Source of the DNA: Alphaproteobacteria bacterium
Lineage (GTDB): Bacteria; Pseudomonadota; Alphaproteobacteria; G965222575
NCBI GenBank assembly: GCA_965222575.1
Contig: OZ244958.1
Coordinates: 256,001 to 320,000, forward strand
Direction: 5' to 3'
Length of the DNA stretch: 64,000 bases
This document shows, piece after piece, positions 1-10,557 of this stretch. Numbering within the stretch: the first letter of the stretch is position 1; every line of letters starts with the position of its first letter. A program made the position numbers and the translations under genes. Below the pieces are notes generated by a model. The model did no database searches. It was not told the origin of the DNA and saw nothing but the letters and a program-made list of their open reading frames with translations.

Positions 1-124
1 CAGCAATCACAGCTTGCGGGGCATATTGCCCCCCCATAGCATCAATAGCAATAGGAAACCTCTCGTCTTTTTTGCCAAAAAGAGGTCTGAAAACAGCACC
101 ACGGTCTTTAAGCGGACGCGTCAT
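1..124 (-). CDS. plsX: Phosphate acyltransferase PlsX, 5' end (runs off window)
   Basis: Manual translation from ATG at 124 gives ...[18 protein letters not shown] (PlsX N-terminal IAxDAMGG motif); follows rpmF. Confidence 0.85.
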   Translation of the reverse strand, partial: MTRPLKDRGAVFRPLFGKKDERFPIAIDAMGGQYAPQAVIA

Positions 125-320
125 CTACTTTTTCTTCTTCTTCTGAAGGCCGTAGGAGTACAGCACGCCCTTTATAGTAACCACAAGCCTGACAAACATG
201 AAAGGCAAGTTTTGTCTCACCGCAATGAGAACACTTCGTTAAAGCAGGAGAGCCTACTCTATGGTGAGAACGTCTCATATCTCGCTTGGAGCAAGACGTT
301 TTCCTTTTAGGAACCGCCAT
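108..320 (-). CDS. rpmF: 50S ribosomal protein L32
   Basis: [17 protein letters not shown], CxxC/CxxC, GYYKG. Confidence 0.97.
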   Translation of the reverse strand: MAVPKRKTSCSKRDMRRSHHRVGSPALTKCSHCGETKLAFHVCQACGYYKGRAVLLRPSEEEEKVDDASA

Positions 321-491
321 TTCCCTTTATCTTTAGTGATTGTTTTACATCCGTAGTCCATTTAGGGTATCTGATAATCCCTTGTGAGTCTAGACAAAAA
401 TCATGGGGTGATGAAGGCGTATCGTTCGCAATTTTTAAGAGAGGCAGTTGCTAGGCGCTTTCAGTCATGATGAGGCGTGCGTCATGGTCTA

Positions 492-1034
492 CTAGGGGCT
501 AGGCCACTTCAGAGGAGAGGCAGCAGTAGTAGCGTTGTTAAGTTGGGTTTCCATGAGGGAGAGTGCCTGCTGAAGGTAAAGAAGGGAGGCTGTAGTGTTA
601 GGGGGTGTACAGGTACCATAGAGATTACGATTGAGGGCGTTTTGCAGGGAGAGGTGATGAGGAAGGTTTTTACCATAGGCTATCAGGCGTCCTCCTATGG
701 CCCGTGTCATTGTGTTGAGTTTAGGTCCCACGCCGAAGTCGCTAACGCCCTGTAGCCGCACAGCCATATCGAGATGCTTGATACAACTGTTATAGACTTT
801 ATGAACGAGTCTTTTTTGTCCTGTGTTGCGTAAGGCTGTGAGGACACAAAACAAGTGCAGGACGAGAAGCTCAAATCGTCCATCTATGGTATCTGGAATA
901 TGAAAGGGAGGAGCATAGAATTTAGGATGGCGTGCTTGCTGAGCAAGGTCAAGATAGAGGATATTGGCGCGTGTATTTTCTGTAGCGCGTGCTTTTAAGA
1001 AGGCAATAATAGACATATCAGGCAGTGAAGCCAA
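492..1034 (-). CDS. Ubiquinol-cytochrome c chaperone (Cbp3-like)
   Basis: AQQARHPKFY..IPDTIDGRFELLVLH, GVSDFGVG, LNRNLYG motifs. Confidence 0.85.
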   Translation of the reverse strand: MASLPDMSIIAFLKARATENTRANILYLDLAQQARHPKFYAPPFHIPDTIDGRFELLVLHLFCVLTALRNTGQKRLVHKVYNSCIKHLDMAVRLQGVSDFGVGPKLNTMTRAIGGRLIAYGKNLPHHLSLQNALNRNLYGTCTPPNTTASLLYLQQALSLMETQLNNATTAASPLKWPSP

Positions 1035-4000
1035 AGGTTAGTCCTAAGAGGGCGTTTTCGATTTTATAGGAGAGCAGTCCGGGCAAGGTGAGTGATCCTT
1101 TTATGGGTGTGTCTTTGAAGATGAGTGTTAGGTGGCACTGTCCATTTTTTTCAAGGAGGCGGTGGTTTTTATAAGCGTTGAAGAGGATGTTCAGGTCTTC
1201 TGTTGAGGTGATGTTGACCCATAGTTGCGTTGAGTGTTGGGCGTAGAAGTCTTGGAAGTTTATGGTGCTGAAGCAATGGATATAGCCGGTTTGTTTTTCC
1301 ATTTCTACAATAACCAGTGCGCCGGTCTTGAGGGTGTCTTGGAAGGATGTTTGTTTATTCCCAGAGAGAATCAGGGTAAACACCTTGCCAAAGTCCATGA
1401 GTTTGAGGAGGGAATAGGGCGCCCCTTTTTTTCCTATGCCTTTTTCTTTTTGTAAGACGACAACGGGGACTTTTTGTCGTTTGCCTGAGCCGCGTCCTAT
1501 GTTATGGAAAAACGGGCTCAAGCCGAGGCGTTTGAGGAGGGGTTCTTGTCCTTCTAAGGGATGGGGTAGGAAGGTGAGGTCACAGGCAGTATATTCCCGC
1601 ACAATGGCTTCTCTTCTAGACCAGGGCGTAGCAGGTGTGGTAAGGAGGTCAGTGACATTGATATCTGAGGGTTCAAAAAGCCCTCCTTGGGTGTTAGCAA
1701 GTTGTTTAGCCACCTCTATGAGTCTGGGAAGATTATGGTACAGGGTTGCTCTATTAGGGTCTAAGCAATCTAAAGCCCCTGCTATGATGAGGTGTTCTAG
1801 CTGTCTTTTTGTTACCCCTTGCGTACGGCGGAGAAAATCGGCAAGATTTTTGAAGGAGCCATGTTCTTTGCGGTTTTGCACAAGATTTTTGACGGTGAGT
1901 TCGCTGACATTTTTGATATCGCAAAGTCCGAAGAGGACGCTTTTTTTCTCATTCTGTTGTTGAACAGAGAAGGTAACATCTGAGGTATTGACGCAAGGTG
2001 AGATGAGAGGGATTCCTCTTTTTTTGAGTTCTTCTCTATAGAGGAGTAGTTTTTCGGGTTTATCTCTATCGAGGGCCATGGCGGAGGCGGCGAATTCACA
2101 AGGGTAGTAGGTTTTAAGCCAAGCTGTTTCATAGGCTATCAAGGCATAAGAAGCCCCATGGGCTTTATTGAAGCCATAGCCGGCGAATTTTTCGATTTTG
2201 TCAAAGACTTTGGTTGCAAGTTGCGCGGAAACTTTGTGGAGGTTTTGAGCACCCTTGATAAATTCCTGTCGTTGAAGAGCCATTTCTTGGGAATCTTTTT
2301 TCCCCATGGCGCGGCGGAGGAGGTCAGCTTGACTTAAGGAGAAGCCGGCGAAGACTTGTGCAATCTGTAGCACTTGTTCTTGATAAATAATAATCCCGTA
2401 AGTGTCTTTGGTGATAGGGGTGATACTCTCGTGCAAAAGAGGAGGAATAGCTTTCCCATTCTTGGCTTTAATATAGTTAGGAATGTTTTCCATAGGCCCC
2501 GGTCTATAGAGGGAGACAAGAGCAATTAAGTCTTCAATGTTATTGGGTTTTGCCTCTATTAGCAGCTCGCGCATGCCCTCGCTTTCAAACTGAAAGACCC
2601 CTGTGGTGTCTCCTTTGTTCATGAGCGCCATGACCAAAGGAGAGGCTTTTTTCTTATCCATAGCAGGCACTGTGCCGTAGTTACGGCGTATCATTTCCCA
2701 TGTATTATGAATGACAGTGAGTGTCTTAAGCCCTAAAAAGTCAAATTTTATCAAGCCCGCTTGTTCCACATCTTTCATGGAGAACTGCGTGGCAGCCATA
2801 GCAGATTTTGGGTCTTTATAAAGAGGAACGGTTTCCATGAGGGGTTTGTTGCTAATGACAAGGCCTGCGGCGTGGATGGAGGGGTGTCGATAGAGTCCCT
2901 CTAGGCGTATGATGATTTCAAAGAGTTTTTTGACTGTTGGGTCATTGCGTTTTTGTTCCTGTAGGACAGGTTCGTCTTTGAGGATTTCTTGAAAAGGCTT
3001 AGGATTGATTGGCATAAAGGGAATACGCTTAGAGAGCGCATCCACTTGAGCATAGGGCATAGAGAGGACTCTACCGACATCTCTAATAGCCATTTTCGCC
3101 TGTAGTTTTCCAAAGGTTATTATCTGAGCCACCTTGTCTTCACCATATTGCTTACGGACATATTCCAGGATTTCCGGTCGTCTGTAAGGGCAAAAATCAA
3201 TATCAAAGTCTGGCCATGAAACGCGTTTAGGGTTTAAGAAGCGTTCAAAAACCAAATGGAATTGTAACGGGTCTACATCTGTTATGCCGAGGCACCAAGC
3301 CACAAGGGAGCTTGCCCCAGAGCCGCGTCCGGGGCCGACGGGAATCTTTTGCTGTCGTGCCCAATTGACAATATCCGCCACAATGAGAAAATAGCCTGCA
3401 AACTTCAAGGAGCAAATAATGTCTAGTTCCTCCTCTAGTCTCTTTTGATAAAGCTGGACTTTGTTCTTGGGGAGAGATTTTTTCTTCAAGCCTGTGGCGG
3501 CTTTTGTCCTGAGCAAGGTTTCTTGGGTTTCTTGTTTTGGCGTTTTGAAAAGAGGCAAGGAGGGAGCTCTGGTTTCAAAGAGTGCGGCACAACGTTTGGC
3601 AATGAGGAGGGTATTTTCCACAGCATCAGGCAAGTCGGAGAAAAGTGCTTTCATGTCTTCAGGCGGTCTGAAAGCAAAGGAGTCGTTTAACATCACCCGC
3701 GTAGGGTCAGTGAGCACTTTTTTTTGCGTAATACGCATCAACACATCATGGGCTTCACGTTGTTCTTTGGTATCAAAATAACAATCATTGGTAGCAACTA
3801 AAGGCAAGCGATAGCGGTGAGAAAGTTTGAGAAGAGCACGGTGGTATTTTTGTTCTTGAGGCAGTCCGTGACGAGAAAGCTCAAGGTACAAACGATGAGA
3901 GAAGGCCTCTTGGAATTGTTGTAGTAGCGGGAGAGGATTACCGCCTTGTGAGAGGATGTGTTCTAAGGGCCCTGTGTTACCGCCTGTGAGAAGGATGAGG

Positions 4001-4392
4001 TCTTGTGTGCAAGCCTTAAGGGCTTCCCACGGGAGTCCTTCTCCTTGAAATTTCAGATACGCTTGACTGCTCAAGCGGATGAGGTTTTTCAGTCCTCTTG
4101 GCGTAGCCGCTAAGAGGAGGACGGAAGGGTGTGTTTTGTCTTTAGCATTTAAGATTAACGGCATCAAGCACCCCACAATGGGTTGGATGCCCTTATTTTT
4201 TAAGGTTTGGCAAAAGATCTGTCCCCCTGCAAGATTGACTTCATCAGTCATAGCCACGGCAGGCATACGATATTCTCTACAACGTTTAGCAATTTGTTCA
4301 GGGGAAAGCATACCCTTGCCGAAAGAGTACCGCGTTCTAAGCCTAAGATGAACAAAGGGCGCACTCATAGCACTAAGCCGCACAAGGGGCAA
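1018..4392 (-). CDS. dnaE: DNA polymerase III alpha subunit
   Basis: PHP N-terminus, VGPGRGSGA, FERFLNP, PDFDIDF, KFDFLGLKTLT, GYGFNKAH. Confidence 0.97.
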   Translation of the reverse strand: MPLVRLSAMSAPFVHLRLRTRYSFGKGMLSPEQIAKRCREYRMPAVAMTDEVNLAGGQIFCQTLKNKGIQPIVGCLMPLILNAKDKTHPSVLLLAATPRGLKNLIRLSSQAYLKFQGEGLPWEALKACTQDLILLTGGNTGPLEHILSQGGNPLPLLQQFQEAFSHRLYLELSRHGLPQEQKYHRALLKLSHRYRLPLVATNDCYFDTKEQREAHDVLMRITQKKVLTDPTRVMLNDSFAFRPPEDMKALFSDLPDAVENTLLIAKRCAALFETRAPSLPLFKTPKQETQETLLRTKAATGLKKKSLPKNKVQLYQKRLEEELDIICSLKFAGYFLIVADIVNWARQQKIPVGPGRGSGASSLVAWCLGITDVDPLQFHLVFERFLNPKRVSWPDFDIDFCPYRRPEILEYVRKQYGEDKVAQIITFGKLQAKMAIRDVGRVLSMPYAQVDALSKRIPFMPINPKPFQEILKDEPVLQEQKRNDPTVKKLFEIIIRLEGLYRHPSIHAAGLVISNKPLMETVPLYKDPKSAMAATQFSMKDVEQAGLIKFDFLGLKTLTVIHNTWEMIRRNYGTVPAMDKKKASPLVMALMNKGDTTGVFQFESEGMRELLIEAKPNNIEDLIALVSLYRPGPMENIPNYIKAKNGKAIPPLLHESITPITKDTYGIIIYQEQVLQIAQVFAGFSLSQADLLRRAMGKKDSQEMALQRQEFIKGAQNLHKVSAQLATKVFDKIEKFAGYGFNKAHGASYALIAYETAWLKTYYPCEFAASAMALDRDKPEKLLLYREELKKRGIPLISPCVNTSDVTFSVQQQNEKKSVLFGLCDIKNVSELTVKNLVQNRKEHGSFKNLADFLRRTQGVTKRQLEHLIIAGALDCLDPNRATLYHNLPRLIEVAKQLANTQGGLFEPSDINVTDLLTTPATPWSRREAIVREYTACDLTFLPHPLEGQEPLLKRLGLSPFFHNIGRGSGKRQKVPVVVLQKEKGIGKKGAPYSLLKLMDFGKVFTLILSGNKQTSFQDTLKTGALVIVEMEKQTGYIHCFSTINFQDFYAQHSTQLWVNITSTEDLNILFNAYKNHRLLEKNGQCHLTLIFKDTPIKGSLTLPGLLSYKIENALLGLTFGFTA

Positions 4393-5111
4393 CGAGGGTC
4401 AGGTGGCACAGCGGTTTTTTTTATCACCATTGTCTCAAAATCACAGGTCATAAGGGAGCCTATGAGGGATTTTTTGCCTAGTATCTGTTTTATAACCTCT
4501 AAGGCTTGGAGTGTGCCCATCACGCCTGCGCAAGCCCCTAGCACTCCCTGTTGACAGGAGTCAATGGGACTTGTTTGCAGGGTTTCTGAGAAGAGGCAAA
4601 ATAAGCAAGGGGTTTCTTTAGTCCAAGGACAAAATGTTGTCAGGTACCCTTTCATCGTGGAAACGGCAGCAAAGATGAGGGGTTTACGATGTTTATAGCA
4701 CTGTCTTGCAATAAGAGCCCTTGAGGCGGGATTATCGGTTGCATCAACAACCCATTGATAAGAGTCTAGGGGGGTGTGCTGATGAAAGGCGTGTTGAGCG
4801 GTTTTCACCTGTACAGTGGGATTATTGGCTTTAAGGGCTTTTTTTAGGATAAAAACCTTAGGGAGTCCGATATGTTTTGTATGGTAGGGGACTTGTCTTG
4901 AGAGGTTTTCCAGTTCAATGACATCGGGGTCTATGATGGTGAGGTTGTGTACCCCGCCTGCGGCTAGGTACAAAGCGGCCACAGAGCCTAAGCCGCCGGC
5001 GCCGATGAGGAGGACGGAAGCATGAGCAAGGGCTTTTTGTCCTAGGCACCCGACCTGTGGGGTATCAAGTTGCCGTTGATAGCGCCTTAAGAAGTTTTGT
5101 TGTTGTGTCAC
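4365..5111 (-). CDS. HesA/MoeB/ThiF family adenylyltransferase
   Basis: RYQRQ, IGAGGLG, NLSRQ, DATDN, CxxC pairs. Confidence 0.9.
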   Translation of the reverse strand: MTQQQNFLRRYQRQLDTPQVGCLGQKALAHASVLLIGAGGLGSVAALYLAAGGVHNLTIIDPDVIELENLSRQVPYHTKHIGLPKVFILKKALKANNPTVQVKTAQHAFHQHTPLDSYQWVVDATDNPASRALIARQCYKHRKPLIFAAVSTMKGYLTTFCPWTKETPCLFCLFSETLQTSPIDSCQQGVLGACAGVMGTLQALEVIKQILGKKSLIGSLMTCDFETMVIKKTAVPPDPRCPLCGLVL

Positions 5112-6355
5112 TGATTGGGACAGGAGGAGCGCTTTTGTTGAAAGGGGATTATTGTTCTGAGTTGTTGGTTTTCGAGAGCGTGGGCTATTTCTTCCACGAG
5201 TTCTTGTGCGATGAGGGTTTTGAGTTTTTTCTCTCCCAATTTTGGGATAGTGAGATTATCTTTGAGGAGTCTAATCTGATTAAAGTCACTGCCTAGAGGG
5301 AAGCCATTCTGTAAGGGGTTGTTGACCATCCAGTCGCATTGTTTTTGGAGGCGTTTTCTTTGGGCTTTTTCTGCATTAGACAGGGCGAATCCGATAACCA
5401 GTGGGGGTCTGTTTTGTGCTGTTGCAACGGTGTGTAGGATATCAGGTGTTTGAGAGAGGAAAATGGCATGTTGGGAGTTTTTGTCTGGTTTTCCGTTCTG
5501 ATAAGCTGTTGGTGTATAATCTGAAACGGCAGCGGTTGCGATAAAAACATCTGCGGGCAGTGCGTTTAAGGAGGCATCGAGCATATCGTACACTGAGGTG
5601 ACGGAGATGGTATTGAGCAGCGGTGGCGGTGGGAGAGAGGTAGGCCCTGAGATGAGTGTAACGTCTGCGCCGGCCTCTTGGCATTTTTGAGCAATGGCAT
5701 AGCCTTGCTTACCGGAAGAGGCATTTGATAGGAATCGGATGGTATCGATATGTTCACGTGTAGGCCCAGCGGTAATGACAATTTTTTTACCGCTTAAGCG
5801 TGTGGGTTTAAGAGTGCGGCAAACGGCGTCAATAATGTCTTGCGTATCAGCTAAGCGTCCGTCTCCGACTTCGCCGCAAGCTTGTTCCCCGGTGCAAGGG
5901 CCGCAAAAGAGGACGCCATCTTTTTTCAAGGTGTTGACATTGCGTTGTGTCGCCTTACTGTGCCACATATTTTTGTTCATAGCGGGAGCGACGACGAGGG
6001 GACAGTGTCGTGCGAGGCACAGAGCGGCGGCTAAATCCTCTGCTGCACCTGTTGCTAGACGTGACAAAAAATTCGCAGTCCCAGGCACCACAAGAATCAG
6101 GTCTCCTTTTCGTTCATAAGAGATATGCGGCATAGGCGCGAAGCCTTTTTTGCGCTCAAAGAGGTCTTCTAATACCCGGTTGCCTGTTAAGCTTTCAAAC
6201 AGCAAAGGGGAGACAAAGGCTTGTGCGGCAGTTGTTAGCACACAATGGACGGAAGCCCCAAGTTTTTTTAAGCCACGCACCACAAGACAAGCCTTATAAG
6301 CACCGACTCCTCCGGTGACAATCACAATCAGCGTCTTGTTCTCCAACACCATCAA
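5108..6355 (-). CDS. coaBC: Bifunctional PPC decarboxylase/PPC synthetase
   Basis: TGGVGAYKA, PAMNKNMW, QACGEVGDGRL, TAGPTRE, SSGKQG, AAVSDY. Confidence 0.95.
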   Translation of the reverse strand: MMVLENKTLIVIVTGGVGAYKACLVVRGLKKLGASVHCVLTTAAQAFVSPLLFESLTGNRVLEDLFERKKGFAPMPHISYERKGDLILVVPGTANFLSRLATGAAEDLAAALCLARHCPLVVAPAMNKNMWHSKATQRNVNTLKKDGVLFCGPCTGEQACGEVGDGRLADTQDIIDAVCRTLKPTRLSGKKIVITAGPTREHIDTIRFLSNASSGKQGYAIAQKCQEAGADVTLISGPTSLPPPPLLNTISVTSVYDMLDASLNALPADVFIATAAVSDYTPTAYQNGKPDKNSQHAIFLSQTPDILHTVATAQNRPPLVIGFALSNAEKAQRKRLQKQCDWMVNNPLQNGFPLGSDFNQIRLLKDNLTIPKLGEKKLKTLIAQELVEEIAHALENQQLRTIIPFQQKRSSCPNQ

Positions 6356-7092
6356 ACCATTACCATTCCGCCATTGATATGTAAGGTCTGTCCCGTGATA
6401 TACTGTCCACTTTGCCCGGCTAGGAACACAACCCCTTGGGCAACATCCTCCGCTGTCCCCAAAACACCCATAGGAATAGTTTGAAGCGCCATATTTTTTA
6501 CCTCTTGCGGTAAGTCTTTAGTCATATCGGTCTGAATATAGCCCGGGGCAACGCAGTTGACGGTAATCCCGCGTTTCGCCACCTCCCGCGCCATAGACTT
6601 TGTCCAACCCCCAAGCCCTGCCTTAGAAGCCGCATAAACAGTCTGTCCCGCATTACCCGTCGTCCCAACAACAGAAGAAATAGAAATAATTCTTCCCCAA
6701 GATTGTTGCACCATATTCCTTAAAAAAGCTTGAGCGAGAAAGAATCCCGCTTTGAGATTCACACACATCACCTCCTCCCAATCCCGTTCTTTTACCCTAA
6801 GGGCCAAGGTATCCCTTGTCATGCCCGCATTGTTGACAAAAATATCAACAGACAAACGGTGCTGTTTCAAAAAATCCTTAACCTCAAGGACGCCGTTTGG
6901 AGATTTCAAGTCCTGTACACAAACCACTGCTCCCTCTAAATTGCGCGCAAGCTCTTCTAAGACCGTTTGCCGCCGACCAGATAAAATCACCCGCACCCCG
7001 CGTACTGTAAGTGCCTCCGCCACAGACATCCCAATCCCCCCAGACGCCCCTGTCACAAAAGCAACCTTACCAACAAGAGAAGAAGACATCAT
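6352..7092 (-). CDS. fabG: 3-oxoacyl-ACP reductase
   Basis: TGASGGIG, NNAG, YAASKAG, GQTLHINGGM. Confidence 0.93.
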   Translation of the reverse strand: MMSSSLVGKVAFVTGASGGIGMSVAEALTVRGVRVILSGRRQTVLEELARNLEGAVVCVQDLKSPNGVLEVKDFLKQHRLSVDIFVNNAGMTRDTLALRVKERDWEEVMCVNLKAGFFLAQAFLRNMVQQSWGRIISISSVVGTTGNAGQTVYAASKAGLGGWTKSMAREVAKRGITVNCVAPGYIQTDMTKDLPQEVKNMALQTIPMGVLGTAEDVAQGVVFLAGQSGQYITGQTLHINGGMVMV

Positions 7093-7151
7093 AACTATAT
7101 ACCCTCACTGTTTTTTCGTAAAAACCAACAGACCCTTTTTCATCAAAATCG

Positions 7152-7234
7152 TGCGGATGAGAGGAGTTGAACCTCCACGAAGTTGCCTTCACTAGCACCT
7201 GAAGCTAGCGCGTCTACCGTTTCGCCACATCCGC
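7152..7234 (-). tRNA. tRNA-Leu(CAG)
   Basis: Reverse complement GCGGATGTGGCGAAACGGTAGACGCG-CTAGC TT CAG GT GCTAG, long variable arm, GGTTCAACTCC; CCA not encoded. Confidence 0.95.
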
Positions 7235-7323
7235 CCCCAGACTTCAACATGATTGTACTCCAACCTGCCCCCGAAAAAAAGTAAGACTTTCTCACAATGA
7301 CAAGACAGGACAGAAGTGTTACG

Positions 7324-8547
7324 TTAATAGCCTAAGAAAAAGAAAGCATACGCGACAATCACAGCAGGGATGAGGGTATAAAGCGTGGCAATGAGCGAGG
7401 CTTTAGGGGCAAAAGTCAGCGCTGGAATAAGAGCATCGCCGTCGTTACTGATGGCGTTGCCTAGTTGCGAGGAAAATGGCAAAACATCTTGGACATAGAG
7501 TTGCGTGAGAATAATTTGCGGCCCGCAGTTTGGAATAATACCAATAGCAATAGCAAGGAGAGGCAAAAACAGACCTGAAGTGACTTTTATCATGTGCCAA
7601 GGGATTTGGAAGTAGGTATCAGCAGCTTGGAAAATCGTAAAGATAACCATAGTCCAAAAGGCAACGAAATGCAGATGAGACACATTGGTACTCAGAGGAG
7701 AGATAGAGGAAAGTTTTCTGTGAGGTTTCCCATCAACGATGTTGCCATCGCAAGGGCTATCTAAGGGTCTCCAAAGAGAGAGTATAGAAGCGCCGCCGAG
7801 GGAGAAGGCTAGGAGAGCACCAATGAAGGCTAGGAGTTGGAAGGTTTTTTCTAGGAAAGGCTCTATAGGAAAAGAGAAAGCCTGTATGAGAGCAAAGGGG
7901 ATAATGACAAACAAGCATAGTAAAGACAGGCGGGAGAGGAATTTTGTCAGGGTAATGAGGGGTAAGGTTTTTTGCGGAGGGGTGGAAGAGGGCAGTGGTG
8001 AAGGGGAGCCTTTTTTATTTAAGGTTGGTTGCAAGAAGTCTTTACCATGAAGGGCTTCGATGAGATAGCCATAGAGTATCCCTGTGACAGTGCAAAGGAA
8101 GATAATCCAAAGGGCTTGGAGGGGTTTTTGTACGAGGAGAATAAAAGCGGCATCGCCCATGGTAGCAGTGAGTGTTGCAATGATAGCACTGAAGCGGACT
8201 TTACCGAAGGTGAATAGGCTCACCACCATAATAGGGCCGCCGCATCCTGGTAGGGCGCCGAGGAGACCACTTGAGACCAGTTGAAAATGCAGATTTCTCT
8301 GAATGAAGGTATCAATACGAAAGCCTGTTGCCCCATAGAGAAAGCGGAGCAAAAAAGAGACCATTGCCACAAAGCACACCACTTGCAGGTAAGCTTGAGT
8401 GAAGGCTTCAAAAAGAATACGCGGAAAAAACAAAGCGAAAAGAGCGGTTGCAACAAAAACAGCCGTGATGAGAGGCGACCGCCGCAGGATTGCTAAGAAA
8501 TCATACAGAAAAGGCAAGAAAGCATACTGTTGTTGTTGCGTTGTCAT
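7324..8547 (-). CDS. Putative manganese/heavy-metal transporter (ArsP_2-like)
   Basis: Multi-TM; LGALPGCGG, TMGDAAF, IPNCGPQI, NAISNDGDAL duplicated motifs. Confidence 0.8.
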   Translation of the reverse strand: MTTQQQQYAFLPFLYDFLAILRRSPLITAVFVATALFALFFPRILFEAFTQAYLQVVCFVAMVSFLLRFLYGATGFRIDTFIQRNLHFQLVSSGLLGALPGCGGPIMVVSLFTFGKVRFSAIIATLTATMGDAAFILLVQKPLQALWIIFLCTVTGILYGYLIEALHGKDFLQPTLNKKGSPSPLPSSTPPQKTLPLITLTKFLSRLSLLCLFVIIPFALIQAFSFPIEPFLEKTFQLLAFIGALLAFSLGGASILSLWRPLDSPCDGNIVDGKPHRKLSSISPLSTNVSHLHFVAFWTMVIFTIFQAADTYFQIPWHMIKVTSGLFLPLLAIAIGIIPNCGPQIILTQLYVQDVLPFSSQLGNAISNDGDALIPALTFAPKASLIATLYTLIPAVIVAYAFFFLGY

Positions 8548-8638
8548 TATTCCATCACAATAACAGATGACTTGCTCTTTATTTTCTCACAGCCCATTTA
8601 TCTTTCACACACATTCGAGTAGAGGTTGTTGTTTAGTT

Positions 8639-10552
8639 CTAATGAGAGGGGAGAGGGTAGGAGAGATAATCGCGCCATTTTGTGCTATGAACATAAAAAG
8701 CGATAGTTTTCAGGAGGGCGTTTTCATTAGGTGTTGAGAGGATATGGGTAGGGGTGTATTGGATGAAGGTTTTGCCGGGTTTGAGGACGGTAATGACGCG
8801 TCCATCGAAGAGAGCGAGTTTTTCAAAGGTTGAGAGGAGGATTTGCGATGAGTGTTCTTGTGAGAGGAGGTTTCGTCCATAGAATTGGCTTTGGTAGGAG
8901 AAGCCTAAAAGCGCGAGCAAAGTGGGTGCGACATCTATTTGGCTTGCGAGGACGTGATTGACAGCTGGGGTGATGAAGCCGGGGGCGAAGAAGAGGAGAG
9001 GGATATGGTAAGCGTCTAGTTGGATATCGTGTATACCGTTTGTTCTGGTGGCGTGGTCAGCTAGGATGACAAAGATGGTTTCAGAGAACCATGGTTGGGT
9101 TTTAGCGTGTTGGAGAAATTCTCCTAAGGCGTAGTCAGCATATTTGAATCCCGCCTCTTGTCCGCCGCCTTTAGGGGGAATACCGTCAAGGCCTTCTGGG
9201 AAGGTAAAAGGGGTGTGATTAGAGGTGGTCATGAGGACGTAGAAGAATTTTTGTCCTTTGCGGTGGGTATCAGTGAGGTGTTTAGAGGCTTTTCCATAAA
9301 GGTCTTGGTCGCACAAGCCCCAAGCATTTTCAAAGGAGCGTTCAGAGGGCGTAAAGTGGTTGATATCAATGATATGGTCGAAGCCGTGTTTTTGGAAGAA
9401 GGATTCCATGTTATCGAAGTGACCGTCTCCGCCATAGAAAAAGGCTGTAGCGTAGTCTCTTTCTTTGAAGAGGTGGGCGATAGACAGAAAGGATTTTGGA
9501 GGATTTTTTCTAATGACGGCAACACCGGGTGCGGGGGGGCGTGAGAGAATGACGGCTTCTAGGGCTCTTACCGTACGAATACCAGTGGCATAAGCCTGTG
9601 TAAAAGAGAGGGAGTCTTGTGCTAGGGCGTCAAGATTGGGGGTAAGATTCTTTGCATTACCGACTTGTTTCATGAAGCTTGTTCCTTGCCCCTCCATGAG
9701 AATAATCATGACATTTTTGTTTTCTTCTTTTTCTCTACCGTTGACCCATCGAGTGATATTATTGTGGTCTTTAGGATTGAGAAAGATATCGTTTTTGTTC
9801 CCGACAAGGGTTTTTAATTCGGGCAAGTTTTTATGTCCATAGCGTTGTATATACCATTTATCATACTGGATTTGTCTATGGCGCAGGTTAAATCCGAAGA
9901 CATAAAGGCCATTTTTCGCTACTTCATTGACGACTCTGTTATGGCTTACATCAAAAGGTTTTGGTATCCCCGCTAGAAACAAGGCTAACAGGCTGACACT
10001 GAGCACGCCCCAGACAGTTCTGCTTGGAAAAGGCAAAGGCGGCAGGGAAGCGGGGGGGCGGCGGTAACGGGAGAAAAAGAACGCTAAAAAAGCGGAAAAC
10101 AGGAGGACAATAAACGTGAGATACGGAGTATAAGGATAGGTTTGGATAATCTCAAGAGAGATTTCTTTGATATAAGCGAAATAATCCACAGCCACAAAGT
10201 TATAACGTGAATGGAACTGATACCAGAACAAAATTTCGCCTACACTCCCGAAGAAGAAAACAAACAAGGCCGCAAACAAGCAACAACAAGAAAAGATTTT
10301 CTCCACGCGGGAGTCTCTCATTTTACTAGGCAACAAGAGCAAATAAAAAGCCGTTGGCAAAAAGAGATAATAAAAAGCCGTAATGGTATCATAAATAAAG
10401 CCAACCCCTAGAACCAACGGCAGATGAGTGATTACCACCGTCCCTTGCACAGACTCCCAGATAAAAAAGAGCGCCCTGAGAAAGACACACACCCCAAAAA
10501 ATAAAAGCGTAGGAAAAAAGAGTCTTTGCTTAAGAAAAGAGAAAAAAAGCAT
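8639..10552 (-). CDS. LTA synthase/sulfatase family protein
   Basis: N-terminal TM helices, NVMIILMEG, TPNLD, TTSNHTPF, ADH; start placed at ATG 10552. Confidence 0.88.
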   Translation of the reverse strand: MLFFSFLKQRLFFPTLLFFGVCVFLRALFFIWESVQGTVVITHLPLVLGVGFIYDTITAFYYLFLPTAFYLLLLPSKMRDSRVEKIFSCCCLFAALFVFFFGSVGEILFWYQFHSRYNFVAVDYFAYIKEISLEIIQTYPYTPYLTFIVLLFSAFLAFFFSRYRRPPASLPPLPFPSRTVWGVLSVSLLALFLAGIPKPFDVSHNRVVNEVAKNGLYVFGFNLRHRQIQYDKWYIQRYGHKNLPELKTLVGNKNDIFLNPKDHNNITRWVNGREKEENKNVMIILMEGQGTSFMKQVGNAKNLTPNLDALAQDSLSFTQAYATGIRTVRALEAVILSRPPAPGVAVIRKNPPKSFLSIAHLFKERDYATAFFYGGDGHFDNMESFFQKHGFDHIIDINHFTPSERSFENAWGLCDQDLYGKASKHLTDTHRKGQKFFYVLMTTSNHTPFTFPEGLDGIPPKGGGQEAGFKYADYALGEFLQHAKTQPWFSETIFVILADHATRTNGIHDIQLDAYHIPLLFFAPGFITPAVNHVLASQIDVAPTLLALLGFSYQSQFYGRNLLSQEHSSQILLSTFEKLALFDGRVITVLKPGKTFIQYTPTHILSTPNENALLKTIAFYVHSTKWRDYLSYPLPSH

Positions 10553-10557
10553 AGGAA